Source: Kinneretia aquatilis
GTDB taxonomy: Bacteria; Pseudomonadota; Gammaproteobacteria; Burkholderiales; Burkholderiaceae_C
Direction of reading: 5' to 3'
NCBI RefSeq assembly: GCF_002885975.1
Contig: NZ_POSP01000003.1
Span: 1,770,440-1,834,439 of the forward strand
DNA length: 64,000 nucleotides
The notes beneath the pieces were generated by a model. The model searched no databases and was not told where the DNA came from. It saw only the letters and a list, made by a program, of their open reading frames with translations. How positions within the stretch are numbered: position 1 is the stretch's first letter; each line of letters starts with the position of its first letter. Shown in pieces: positions 50,328-59,345 of the stretch. The translations under genes and the position numbers were made by a program.

Positions 50328-50331
50328 GCCT

Positions 50332-50676
50332 TTAAGCACCGCCCGCCCCTCCCCAGCCACCCGAGCCGCCACCCATGCCCTCGGGCAGGGTCAGGCGGAT
50401 GCGGCGGCCGATCTCTTCCAGATCGCGCGCATCAAGATCACCGTTGGCATCGGGCAGGCGCCAGAACTGCTCGGGGTCGCCGAGCACGGCCGCGGCCATG
50501 CGGTCGATGTGGTCGCCCTCCACCACCCGGTACTCCTGAAAGCCGACAAAGCGCGCCGGGTCGGGCACGAAGCGGCGCCGCAGATAGACCACGGTGCGGC
50601 CGTCGGCCTCGCTCCACTCGGCGGTTTCGATGCCGTGGTAGCGGCTGTTGGGCGGGTAGCGCTGGTCGGTGCTCAT
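50332..50676 (-). CDS. LysM-like tail protein X (gpX-like)
   Basis: 114 aa; LysM-like core YRVVEGDHIDRMAAAVLGDPEQFWRLPDANG...GRRIRLTLPE; Gly-rich tail. Confidence 0.55.
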   Translation of the reverse strand: MSTDQRYPPNSRYHGIETAEWSEADGRTVVYLRRRFVPDPARFVGFQEYRVVEGDHIDRMAAAVLGDPEQFWRLPDANGDLDARDLEEIGRRIRLTLPEGMGGGSGGWGGAGGA

Positions 50677-50704
50677 GGTGTGCTTCTCGGTGGGGGCGCA
50701 GGTC

Positions 50705-51361
50705 TCAGAACAAGGCGTTCAGGCCCAGGCTGGCCAGCGAGGCGCTGGAGGCCTTGCGGGCCAGGCGCTCGCGACCCTGGTGGTAGACCATGTAGAGGTG
50801 GCCGGCCTTGCTGCCAAAACCCAGGTCGTTGATATTGAGCACCCGCATGCCCAGCGAAACGCGCGCACGGATGGGGTTGAGCTGGGCGTCGAAGGCCTCC
50901 TCGACGATGGAGAAATCGGTGATGCGCACCGGCACTACCCGCTCCTTGCTCCACACAAACAGGGGCAGCGGCGCCTCCACCGGCGCAATCTCCAGTGTGC
51001 CGACGCTGGCCAGGGCGTTGTTGCGGATCAAGGTGCCGCTGTCGGGGTAGACCATCACCTCGAGCGCGGCCAGTTGGGCATGAAGACCCACCTCGACCAC
51101 GGCGGCATGCTGGTCGGGCGCTGCGAGCTGGTCGGTGGCGTCGATGTCGGCGTCGAGCTTGAGGGTCTCGATCGGCGGGCCCTTGAGCCGCAGCGGCTGG
51201 CTCAGCGCCGTGCTGCTGCCGGCGCCCTGGGGCGTCAGCGAGCGGGTCAGCAGATCGGGGTTGTACTGCAGGGCGATCACGCGCTGCACCGCACCGCTGG
51301 ACGGGTCGATCAAGATGATGCCGCCCTTGAGCAGCTTGGGCGAGCGGGTCAGGCCGGTCAC
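50705..51361 (-). CDS. phage tail tube-family paralog (tube initiator/Afp5-Afp7-like), uncertain
   Basis: 218 aa, GTG start overlapping the effector stop (GTGA); beta-rich with ILIDPSSGAVQRVIALQYNPD block; sits between cargo and the LysM/gpD/gpV hub genes where tube-initiator genes occur. Confidence 0.4.
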   Translation of the reverse strand: MTGLTRSPKLLKGGIILIDPSSGAVQRVIALQYNPDLLTRSLTPQGAGSSTALSQPLRLKGPPIETLKLDADIDATDQLAAPDQHAAVVEVGLHAQLAALEVMVYPDSGTLIRNNALASVGTLEIAPVEAPLPLFVWSKERVVPVRITDFSIVEEAFDAQLNPIRARVSLGMRVLNINDLGFGSKAGHLYMVYHQGRERLARKASSASLASLGLNALF

Positions 51362-54300
51362 TTTTCCTTCTCCTCGCTGCTGGCGGCACCGAACAGATTG
51401 CCGAGCATTTTTTGCGTGTCGAGCTTGAACTCGGCGGGCTCGGGCTGGATGTCCGAGAGCTTGGGCATGCGGAAGCCCTCGACGCTGTCATAGTGCAGCG
51501 GCATGCGCACACCCAGGCTCAGGCCGGTGTCGAACTTGGCCTCCTTGAGCGTCCAGACCTTTTCGGTGCTGACCTTGAAGACCGAGACGCCAGCCTCGGC
51601 AAACACCTTGGCCTTGAGCGCCGCACCGAGCTCGATGCTGCCGCCGATGTAGGCGCTGGCATCGACGCTGAAACGGTCCTTGGCGTAGGCGATCTCGCCG
51701 CCCAACTCGGCCTTGCCCTTGAGCCCCGCACGCGCCTCCACGCTGAGCCCGCCGCCGACCTTGCCGATGAAGGCATCGAGCACCACATTGGCGCCCACCG
51801 TCCCGGTGATGCCGCCGCCGGCCGGGATGCTGGCCTTGGCCTTCATGCTGAAGGCGAAGTCAGGGTCGGGCTCGAAGGGGCTGAACTTGACCGTGGCCTT
51901 GATGCCGGTGAGCACACCCGGGCCGACGTAGTAGTAATAGCCCAGGCCGCCGTAGAGCTCGACCTTGAGGCCGATGGGGCCGATGGACGCGCCGGGGATG
52001 GGGATGCTGCCCGAGGCGCTGAACAGGCTCTTGGGCGTCTCGTCCTTCGGAAAGCGCGGGAACAGGGTGATGTCGGGAAAGCTCAGCTCGCCATCGAAAG
52101 TGATCTTCTGCTTCTCGTCGATGGTGATGGCGGCCGAGGCCACCATGTCTTTCTTGATCTCGTAGCTGAGCTTGCCGCTGCCGGTGAGGGTCTGGTTGGG
52201 GTGGAGCTTGACGTCGATGGAACCCTTGGCCCGGCCCTTGTCGATCTTGATATTGCCGTCGCCGTAGACCTTTTCCTTGCCGCCCTGGTTCTCGTAGGTC
52301 GCGCTGACCGTGCCGTCCAGGCCGGAGAAGGCAATGCCGGTGCTGCCGGTGGCACGGAAGAGATCGCCATCGACCGAGAGCTTGGCATCGATGGGCTTCA
52401 GATACTTGCTCTTGGTTTCGATGCGTCCGCGGCCCGAGTAGCTGAAGCGGTTGTTGGCGTACTTGACCTCGAGCGACGCCGGGTTCTTGCCAGGCAGCTC
52501 CAGATCGACCCGGCCGTTGGCATCGAGCTTGCCGTTCTTCAGGCTGACATCGACCGCACCCCCGGTGACAAAAGGCAGCTTGAGCTTGCTGGCCTCGACC
52601 TTGGCGCCGCCGCTCCACTGCCCTGCCTGGTAGAGCACCGTGCCCTTGGCCTCGTCGACACCGGGGATGTAGACGAAGAGATCGCCCTTGAGCACCAGGC
52701 CCTGATCGTCGGCGCTGGCCGTCAGCTTCACATCGGCCACCTTCTTGGCCCCGCCGATCTCGAAAGCCAGGGTGCCCACCGGCTTGAAGGCCGGCGCCAG
52801 CTCCATCATCACGCTGGCCTCGGTGACCTTCATCCCCGGGAAGGGCGGCTTGATCTTCTTGGGATCGAGCGCCTTGCCCATGCGGAAGCCTTGGGGGTCC
52901 AGCACCACATCGAGCGTGGGCAGCAGGGGCAGCGAGGGCTTGATGGTGCCTGCGGCCGTCACGCCCGAGGCGTCCATGCTCAGGGTGGTGAAGGTGATGG
53001 GGCTGAGCTTGGCGAACTCGGCCTTGATGGGCGCCGGCAGCTTGCCTGAAAGAGGCTTGACCACACCATCCGGGCCGATGGCCAGGGTCACGACCGTGCT
53101 CTTGGTGCCGGGCTTGGCACCAATGGCGGCATCGTCCAGCGTGGCCTTGAGCTTGTCGTGACCCTTGCCCTTGGGATCGCGCTCGTAGCTGATGATCGTC
53201 AGACCCTTGACGCTGCTGGCGATGGCGGCATTGACCCCGGTCAGCGGAATGGACTTGCTCTTGTCCGCCGGCAGCTTGAGCGTGAAGGGCTTGCCCAGCA
53301 CACTCACTTCGACATCGACCGAAGGCTTGTCGGTGGCGGCCGTGACGGCCGGATCGACAAAGCGTTGAGAGAGCTGGCAGCAGATGCCACAGGTCGGCGA
53401 GCCCTGCATCAGCACACCGCCAAAGGTCAACGACACCCGCTTGGGCCGCTTGCCGCCAAGCGCGTCCTTGGCATCGGCAAAAGCCTGCTCGGCCAGCTGG
53501 CGCAGCTGCTGCTGGATCAGGCCGCCGCTGGAGGCGTTGTCCACCTTGTCGATGACTTGCAGATTGCTGCCGGCGTTCGTGCCACCGACCTGCAGCTCCT
53601 GCATATGGTCGAGTTCGCAGCTGGGGCCGATGGGCGGCTTGGGGAACTGTTTTTCACCCCCGACCTCGGCCCAGCGCGCATGGGCTTTCTTGTCGAGCTT
53701 GTGGCCCACGGTTTCCAGCCAGGAGCGTTGCAGCTTCTCGGTTGGATCACGGGCCTCGTTCTTGCCGGCCTTGTTCTGCGTCGGCACCGGGCCGCCCGAC
53801 CAGTCGAACACCGCGTGCAAGGCACTGGTGTTCTTCTTGCAATAGTCCAGGGCCTTCTGGCCTTTCTGCGGCGGCAGGACCAGGGTGTCCACCTTGTAGG
53901 CCGCCTCGGTCTTGTCCACGGTACCGGTGGCCTGCTCGGGCACCGCCGTTCCCGTCAGCGAGAACTTGCGGTTGTAGGTGGTGGTTTCGTAATTGGCCTC
54001 GAAGCTGGGCGGCTTGGCCTTGCCCGTGTCTTCATCCTTGGCCTCTGCGGGCTTGGCGGCCGGCGTGGCGCTGGGCTTGCGCGACAGGCGCGGGCCGCTG
54101 CGGCTCAGGCCTTGGCCCAGGTTCAAACCCTCCGTCAGCCCGCCGCGCATCACCCGGTCGGCCGTCTGGTCGGCCTCCATTTCCAGGCGGCGGTAGTCGG
54201 GGCCGTGATCGGCCAGATTGCTGATGCCGCTGCGCTGCAGGCCCTGCTGCTGCACCGTGTGGGCCAGTTCATGGGCCAGCAGGTGGCGGCCCGGCTCGCT

Positions 54301-54756
54301 GTGCGGCTGGTAGGCGCCATCGCCGAACACGATGTGCTGGCCGACGGTGTAGGCCTGGGCATCGACATCACGGGCCGAAGCGGCCGCCGCGCTGTCGTCG
54401 TGCACGCGCACGGCCGAGAAATCGCTGCCGGGGCCGAAGCGCGATTCCATGAAGCTGCGCGTGTCGGCATCGAGCGGCCGGCCGGCACGCGACAAGGTGT
54501 CGCTGACCGAGCCGGGCCAGGCGGCCTCGTTCTGGCTGGAGGCAGGGCTGCCGCTGCTGCTGTAACGCTGCAACAAGGCCTTGGCCGCGCAGCTCTCGCA
54601 TTCGCCGCCGGCACCGGCGCCGCTGCCGCAGGCGCAGCGGCGTTGCAGCAAGGGGCGAACCGCCGGCTCTTTGCCAGGCGGGCGCCTCTCGCCGCGCGGC
54701 GCCTGCTCGCGCTCCGCAACCTTGGGGCTGGCGGCGTGGACGGCACTGCTGCTCAT
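51358..54756 (-). CDS. DUF4157 (HExxH zinc-metallopeptidase-like) domain protein, candidate eCIS cargo/effector
   Basis: 1132 aa. The N-terminal ~200 aa carry a Cys cluster (RRCACGSGAGAGGECESCAAK) and the DUF4157 block SFMESRFGPGSDFSAVRVHDDSAAAASARDVDAQAYTVGQHIVFGDGAYQPHSEPGRHLLAHELAHTVQQ, i.e. HELAH = HExxH. The remainder is a long Gly/Lys/Thr-rich beta-repeat region. ATGA overlap with the upstream small ORF. Confidence 0.7.
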   Translation of the reverse strand: MSSSAVHAASPKVAEREQAPRGERRPPGKEPAVRPLLQRRCACGSGAGAGGECESCAAKALLQRYSSSGSPASSQNEAAWPGSVSDTLSRAGRPLDADTRSFMESRFGPGSDFSAVRVHDDSAAAASARDVDAQAYTVGQHIVFGDGAYQPHSEPGRHLLAHELAHTVQQQGLQRSGISNLADHGPDYRRLEMEADQTADRVMRGGLTEGLNLGQGLSRSGPRLSRKPSATPAAKPAEAKDEDTGKAKPPSFEANYETTTYNRKFSLTGTAVPEQATGTVDKTEAAYKVDTLVLPPQKGQKALDYCKKNTSALHAVFDWSGGPVPTQNKAGKNEARDPTEKLQRSWLETVGHKLDKKAHARWAEVGGEKQFPKPPIGPSCELDHMQELQVGGTNAGSNLQVIDKVDNASSGGLIQQQLRQLAEQAFADAKDALGGKRPKRVSLTFGGVLMQGSPTCGICCQLSQRFVDPAVTAATDKPSVDVEVSVLGKPFTLKLPADKSKSIPLTGVNAAIASSVKGLTIISYERDPKGKGHDKLKATLDDAAIGAKPGTKSTVVTLAIGPDGVVKPLSGKLPAPIKAEFAKLSPITFTTLSMDASGVTAAGTIKPSLPLLPTLDVVLDPQGFRMGKALDPKKIKPPFPGMKVTEASVMMELAPAFKPVGTLAFEIGGAKKVADVKLTASADDQGLVLKGDLFVYIPGVDEAKGTVLYQAGQWSGGAKVEASKLKLPFVTGGAVDVSLKNGKLDANGRVDLELPGKNPASLEVKYANNRFSYSGRGRIETKSKYLKPIDAKLSVDGDLFRATGSTGIAFSGLDGTVSATYENQGGKEKVYGDGNIKIDKGRAKGSIDVKLHPNQTLTGSGKLSYEIKKDMVASAAITIDEKQKITFDGELSFPDITLFPRFPKDETPKSLFSASGSIPIPGASIGPIGLKVELYGGLGYYYYVGPGVLTGIKATVKFSPFEPDPDFAFSMKAKASIPAGGGITGTVGANVVLDAFIGKVGGGLSVEARAGLKGKAELGGEIAYAKDRFSVDASAYIGGSIELGAALKAKVFAEAGVSVFKVSTEKVWTLKEAKFDTGLSLGVRMPLHYDSVEGFRMPKLSDIQPEPAEFKLDTQKMLGNLFGAASSEEKEK

Positions 54757-55070
54757 CGCGGCAGCCCCTGGATCAAGGCGCGGGCCAGGCGCTGGCCGGT
54801 GCGCTCAGGCGACTCGGCGGCCGAGCGGCGAAAACGCGGGATGCGCAGCAGATCGGCCTCCATGCTGGGCTGCAGGGCCAGCTGCGAAGCCTGCTGAGCC
54901 AGCAGGCGCCCGAGCTCCTGCTCGAAGGCTCCGGCCAGCCGCGCGCCTTCTCGCGCCGTGTAGCCCGGCAAGGCGAGGCTGCCGATATGCAGCTGCACCC
55001 GAGGAGCCGGCGCGGCGCTGCTCCGCGGCACAGCCTGAACCGAGGTGGCCACTGAGACAGGCTTGTTCAC
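54753..55070 (-). CDS. small eCIS-associated hypothetical protein (105 codons, GTG start)
   Basis: The only part of ORF 54753..55838 that does not overlap the ATPase gene. A GTG at 55070 overlaps the ATPase stop (GTGA) and its own stop overlaps the effector ATG (ATGA). Confidence 0.4.
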   Translation of the reverse strand: MNKPVSVATSVQAVPRSSAAPAPRVQLHIGSLALPGYTAREGARLAGAFEQELGRLLAQQASQLALQPSMEADLLRIPRFRRSAAESPERTGQRLARALIQGLPR

Positions 55071-57130
55071 AGCCAATCTCCCACATCGGCGGCGGGCAAG
55101 GGCCGCTCCAGCTTGGCGAACTCGGCCGCGGCGGCATCGCGCAGATGGCGCATGGTGATGACCGAGTCTTCGTCGGCGGCCAGAAACGCGGCATTGAGCG
55201 CCAGATTGCGGATGTGGCCGCCCGAGAGCGAGAGCCGCATCAGCTTGCCGATGTCGATGGCCCCCAGCGGCGCGGCGGCCGGGAAGGCGCGCTCCCAGAT
55301 CGCGGCGCGGGCCGCCTCGTCCGGGAAGGGGAACTGGACGATGAAGCGGATGCGGCGCTGGAAGGCCGGGTCGATGGCCTGCTTGAGATTGGTGGTCAGA
55401 ATGGCCAGGCCGCGGTAGCTCTCCACCCGCTGCAAGAGGTAGCTGACCTCGATATTGGCGTAGCGGTCGTGGCTGTCCTTGACCTCGCTGCGCTTGCCGA
55501 ACAAGGCATCGGCCTCGTCGAACAAGAGGATGGCGCCGCTGGCTTCGGCGGCGGCAAAGACGCGGGCCAGGTTCTTCTCGGTCTCGCCGATGTACTTGCT
55601 GACCAGGCTGGCCAGATCGATGCGGTAGAGATCGAGCTGAAGCTCGCGCGCCAGCACCTCGGCGGCCAGGGTCTTGCCCGTGCCGCTGCCGCCGCTGAAC
55701 AGAGCGCTCAGGCCCAGGCCGCGGCTGCTGCGCTCGGCAAAGCCCCAGCTCTGGTAGACCCGGTGGCGCTGGCGCAGCTGGGCGGCCATGCTGCGCAGGC
55801 TGTGCAGGGCCGGCTCGGGCAGGACCAGATCGGCCCATTGCGCGCGCGCCTCGATGCGCTGGGCCAGGTCGTCCAGCCCGGCGCCCCCCGAACCCGCAGT
55901 CATGCCCGGCGCCGTGCGCGTGGAGGGCCGCAGCAGCTCACCTGCGGCCTCGCGCGCCGCCTCGCGTGCGGCCTGCCACAAGCGGCTGGCCCGGGCACGC
56001 TCGTCCTCCCCCGCATGATCGTCCAGCGCAGCGCGCCATTGCCCGGCCAGCTGCAGAACCTGGGTCTGGGACAGCTGGAACTGCTCGGCCAGGGCCGGCA
56101 TCTGGCGCTGCAGCTCGGTGCTCACATCCCTCTGGCCCAGACTGTCCCGCCACAAGGCCAGGCGGCGTTCCGCGCTCAGCTCGGTGGAAGGCAGCAAGCG
56201 CTGCGCCCGGCGCAGCGGCAGGCGACCCGCCTCGCCGCGGCTGCTGAGCAGCAGCAGACTGGGCAGGCCGTCGAGCCAGACGGCCAACTGCCCCCCGGAC
56301 GCTCCGCCCTCCTCCATGGCATCCAGATCCACCCAGAGCAGGCCGCGGTGCAAAAGCGCCTCGCGGGCCCAGAGCCGGGTCATGGCCTCGCGCTCGGCCG
56401 ATGGGGGCAGCTCTTGCAGGCGGTAGAGGCTCAGGCCCAGGCGCTGCGCCAAAGTGTGGACCAGCACCTCGGCCTCACGGCCGGCGTAGTGGGCCACCGG
56501 GGTCTGGAGCAGTGAAGGTGCCGCCTCCCAGGCGGCGGCCAGTGCGGCCAGGCCGGCATCCTGCTGCGCCCCCAGCTCCGCCTCCGACTCCATACCACGC
56601 CGCGCCGCTTGGCGCTGCAACCAAGGCGCCAGGCGCGGGTCGGCATAGCGGACCCCGGCGAGGGCGTGCAGCACGGTCTCGTCCACCGCCCAGCGTGCGT
56701 CGAGCGGGCCCAGTCCGCCGACCAACTCGATCAGCTGCCAGCGGCGCAGCGGCGCCACCGGCGTCAGGGCTTCCCAACGCGACTCGGCCAGCAAGGCCAG
56801 GGCCAGGCGGCCGTTCAGCCAGGGTTGCCCGCCCTCGCCCTGCGCTTGCGCCAGCAGCGGGCCGATGCGGGCATCGAGCTGCGGCGCCACGGCGAGCAAC
56901 AAAGCATCGCGCTCAAACGGACTCAGGCCCAGGCTGTGCGCCAGTTGCCCCAGGGCCGGCGGCACCTGCTCGCCCGACAGCAAAGGCATGGGCTGGCCCG
57001 GCGCCTGCTGCAGATGCTGCTCGATGCGCGCCAGGGCTTGCGTGAGCACGCGGGCATTGCGCGCCTGCTCGCGGTGGCTGCTGCTGCCCTTGCCGATCGG
57101 CGAGCTCGATGGGGCCGAGGCGGTGTTCAC
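55067..57130 (-). CDS. eCIS AAA+ ATPase (Afp15/Pvc15-like)
   Basis: 687 aa; C-terminal AAA+ module with Walker A GGSGTGKT, Walker B ILLFDEAD, sensor/arginine finger; long N-terminal extension; GTG start overlapping the DUF4255 gene stop. Confidence 0.8.
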   Translation of the reverse strand: MNTASAPSSSPIGKGSSSHREQARNARVLTQALARIEQHLQQAPGQPMPLLSGEQVPPALGQLAHSLGLSPFERDALLLAVAPQLDARIGPLLAQAQGEGGQPWLNGRLALALLAESRWEALTPVAPLRRWQLIELVGGLGPLDARWAVDETVLHALAGVRYADPRLAPWLQRQAARRGMESEAELGAQQDAGLAALAAAWEAAPSLLQTPVAHYAGREAEVLVHTLAQRLGLSLYRLQELPPSAEREAMTRLWAREALLHRGLLWVDLDAMEEGGASGGQLAVWLDGLPSLLLLSSRGEAGRLPLRRAQRLLPSTELSAERRLALWRDSLGQRDVSTELQRQMPALAEQFQLSQTQVLQLAGQWRAALDDHAGEDERARASRLWQAAREAAREAAGELLRPSTRTAPGMTAGSGGAGLDDLAQRIEARAQWADLVLPEPALHSLRSMAAQLRQRHRVYQSWGFAERSSRGLGLSALFSGGSGTGKTLAAEVLARELQLDLYRIDLASLVSKYIGETEKNLARVFAAAEASGAILLFDEADALFGKRSEVKDSHDRYANIEVSYLLQRVESYRGLAILTTNLKQAIDPAFQRRIRFIVQFPFPDEAARAAIWERAFPAAAPLGAIDIGKLMRLSLSGGHIRNLALNAAFLAADEDSVITMRHLRDAAAAEFAKLERPLPAADVGDWL

Positions 57131-58434
57131 AGCAGCAACTCCGGGCCGGCAAAGCGGCCATCGGCCGCCACCGTCAGCGGGCTGACGCCGGCATCGACCT
57201 GCAGGCGCGCGAGATAGCGGCCGGGCAGCACATGCTGGAACGGAATGCGCAGCACGCCATTGCTGGGGGCCGGCGCAATCACCCCATTGCCCTCGGGCGC
57301 ATCAAAGCTGTAGGCTCGGGCCGGCCGGTCGGCGGGCGGGTCTTTCTCGTTGAGCAGCAGGCGCACCCGCTGGCGCGCGCCGACCGGAGGCGTCACCGTG
57401 GCCCTGATGCGGCCCTTGGCATAGGCCTGGCCGTCGATCACGTCCTGACCCGCACCGGGCTCCAGCGCAAACAGCGCTTGCGGATGCAACACCAGGGCGC
57501 CGAGATTGGACTCCACCACCCCATGCGGCTGCGGTGGCGAACCCATCAGATGGGCATGGCAGACCTGCACGCTGCACAGGCCCGCGCGCAAGTCCAGGGC
57601 GGGGCTGAGCTGCAGGCGGATCTCTTCGTCGCTGACCGAGAGCAGGCTAGCCGGCGGCAGCGACACGCCGTTGAGCTTGAGCGTCAGCTGTGGCGACTTC
57701 AGCAATGCGCCGCTGATGCGCACGATGCTGTTGGGCAGGATGGGCGTGCCCGCCGGCCCTTCGGCTTCCACCCGGTCGATGCGGGGGCTGCGCAGGGTCA
57801 GCACATGCACCTGGCGGCTGCTCACAGGCAGCGGTGTGCGCACACTGCGCGGCGTCTGCGTCAGCAAGACGCTGACCGAATAGGCTGCACTGGGCCGCGC
57901 TGGCAGCTGGATGGCCCCCCAGAGCCGCGAGACCTCGTCCATGCCCAGGTTCATGGCCGTGATGCGCAGCTGCTCCAGCTGGTCGGCCAGGCCCGCCAGC
58001 TCCAGCTGCTTGGGAAGATTGGGTTTATTGGCTTCCGGCTTGAGCGCACGGCGAATGGCCTCACGCCCCAGGGCCGGCGTGTCGTGCAAGACCTGCATGG
58101 CGGCGCCAAGCAGGATCTCGGCATGGAAATCCTGCAGGCCGTAGGCCACCAGCAGGTAGTGCAGGTCCAGGGCCAGGGCCGGATTGGCGCTGCGCTCGCC
58201 GCGCCCATCGCGGCTGGGCAGGTCGAGATTGGCCCAACCGGTGTTGCGGGTCTGGTTGTAGAGCACGATGTTCAGCGAAGGCAGGTCCGCCTGGGCCTGG
58301 GCTTTCTCGGGCGGCAAGCAGGTCACCGCCGGGCTGGCGCCCAGCACATCGGCCAGCTTGAGCGCGACAAAGCCATCGCTGATCAGTTGCTGCAAGACCG
58401 CCGAGGTGGCGGCCAATCCCAGGGCCGAGCTCAT
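57127..58434 (-). CDS. DUF4255-domain protein (Afp16/Pvc16-like tail terminator/cap)
   Basis: 435 aa; N-terminal DUF4255 block MSSALGLAATSAVLQQLISDGF...VTCLPPEKA...LNIVLYNQTRN; ATGA overlap with the previous gene. Confidence 0.75.
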   Translation of the reverse strand: MSSALGLAATSAVLQQLISDGFVALKLADVLGASPAVTCLPPEKAQAQADLPSLNIVLYNQTRNTGWANLDLPSRDGRGERSANPALALDLHYLLVAYGLQDFHAEILLGAAMQVLHDTPALGREAIRRALKPEANKPNLPKQLELAGLADQLEQLRITAMNLGMDEVSRLWGAIQLPARPSAAYSVSVLLTQTPRSVRTPLPVSSRQVHVLTLRSPRIDRVEAEGPAGTPILPNSIVRISGALLKSPQLTLKLNGVSLPPASLLSVSDEEIRLQLSPALDLRAGLCSVQVCHAHLMGSPPQPHGVVESNLGALVLHPQALFALEPGAGQDVIDGQAYAKGRIRATVTPPVGARQRVRLLLNEKDPPADRPARAYSFDAPEGNGVIAPAPSNGVLRIPFQHVLPGRYLARLQVDAGVSPLTVAADGRFAGPELLL

Positions 58435-59345
58435 GAGCGCCGCCGTTCTGCCAGATAGGACTCCAGCGACTGCGGCGCACGCGCCTGCGCCTGCGCGGGG
58501 TTCGGCTGCGGAGCGGCCGCAGGCGCCGGGGCCCCGATCGGCTGCACTTCGATGCGGCCGATGTGGATCTCGATCTGCGGTGCCAGAGCTTCATGCCGCA
58601 TGGAGTGCGCCGAAGCGGCGCTCTCGCGCCGTTCAGGCAGCGTATGCAGGGAAGCTTCGCGCGGGGCCTGCACGGCATCCAGCGGCTGAAGCTTCAAGGA
58701 TGCCAGCGATGGCAGCGCTGGACCGCGCGCCGCCGAGCTGTCGTCCGCAGTGGCTGCCGGCTCCAGGCGATCCAGCGCGGCCATGCGTGATGGACGCGAT
58801 GGCGTCACAGCTGTCGAGCGGCCCCGCTGTGAATCGGCCGGTTGCAGCGCGGCCTCAGATTCCAGCCCGCGATCGCGCGCAGGACGGCGTTCAGCCGGGC
58901 TCCGGCTGGCATCGGCCCAGCCACTCTCCTGGGGCCGCGACGGGGCCGTCACGTGATGCCAAGGCTGCTGCACACGAGCCTCCGCAGGAGACGACTGCGC
59001 GGTTGCGGCGCGCGGCGCCGGGTCACGCTCGCTCGTCGCCGGGGCGGAGCGCGCCGATGAACCGGCGTCTGACAAGGCCTGCATCACAGGGCCGTGCGGC
59101 TGAGGCGCAGCATCTGCGCGGGGGCTGGTCCAGGGCTGCGGGGACGGGCCGCGCGCCGGCACGCCGAGGCCATCGCCCTCACCCGGCTCGGCCCACGCAG
59201 CAGGATCCGCCCCCCATCGCGCAGGTCCGTTCGGCGCTGGAGCGTCCTCAAAACGCGAGGCACGGCGCGGCTGCAAGCCGGGCGCTTGCACGGCCTTGCG
59301 GGCCAGCGCGGCGAAGAAGTCCGAGGCCATGCCCTGGGTCTTCAT
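58431..59345 (-). CDS. Pro/Ala-rich protein at the tape-measure position (putative tail length determinant)
   Basis: 304 aa from ATG 59345 (MKTQGMASDFFAALARK...), overlapping the upstream stop. Mostly Pro/Ala/Ser/Arg low complexity, then a conserved-looking C-terminus APQIEIHIGRIEVQPIG...SLESYLAERRRS. Lies between tube/chaperone-like genes and the cap gene. Confidence 0.4.
   Translation of the reverse strand: MKTQGMASDFFAALARKAVQAPGLQPRRASRFEDAPAPNGPARWGADPAAWAEPGEGDGLGVPARGPSPQPWTSPRADAAPQPHGPVMQALSDAGSSARSAPATSERDPAPRAATAQSSPAEARVQQPWHHVTAPSRPQESGWADASRSPAERRPARDRGLESEAALQPADSQRGRSTAVTPSRPSRMAALDRLEPAATADDSSAARGPALPSLASLKLQPLDAVQAPREASLHTLPERRESAASAHSMRHEALAPQIEIHIGRIEVQPIGAPAPAAAPQPNPAQAQARAPQSLESYLAERRRS

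Noticed and set aside
55071-55838. Upstream 256 codons of ORF 54753..55838
   Set aside because: Entirely overlaps the AAA+ ATPase gene out of frame; only the last 105 codons (from the GTG at 55070) are free of overlap and translationally coupled on both sides.
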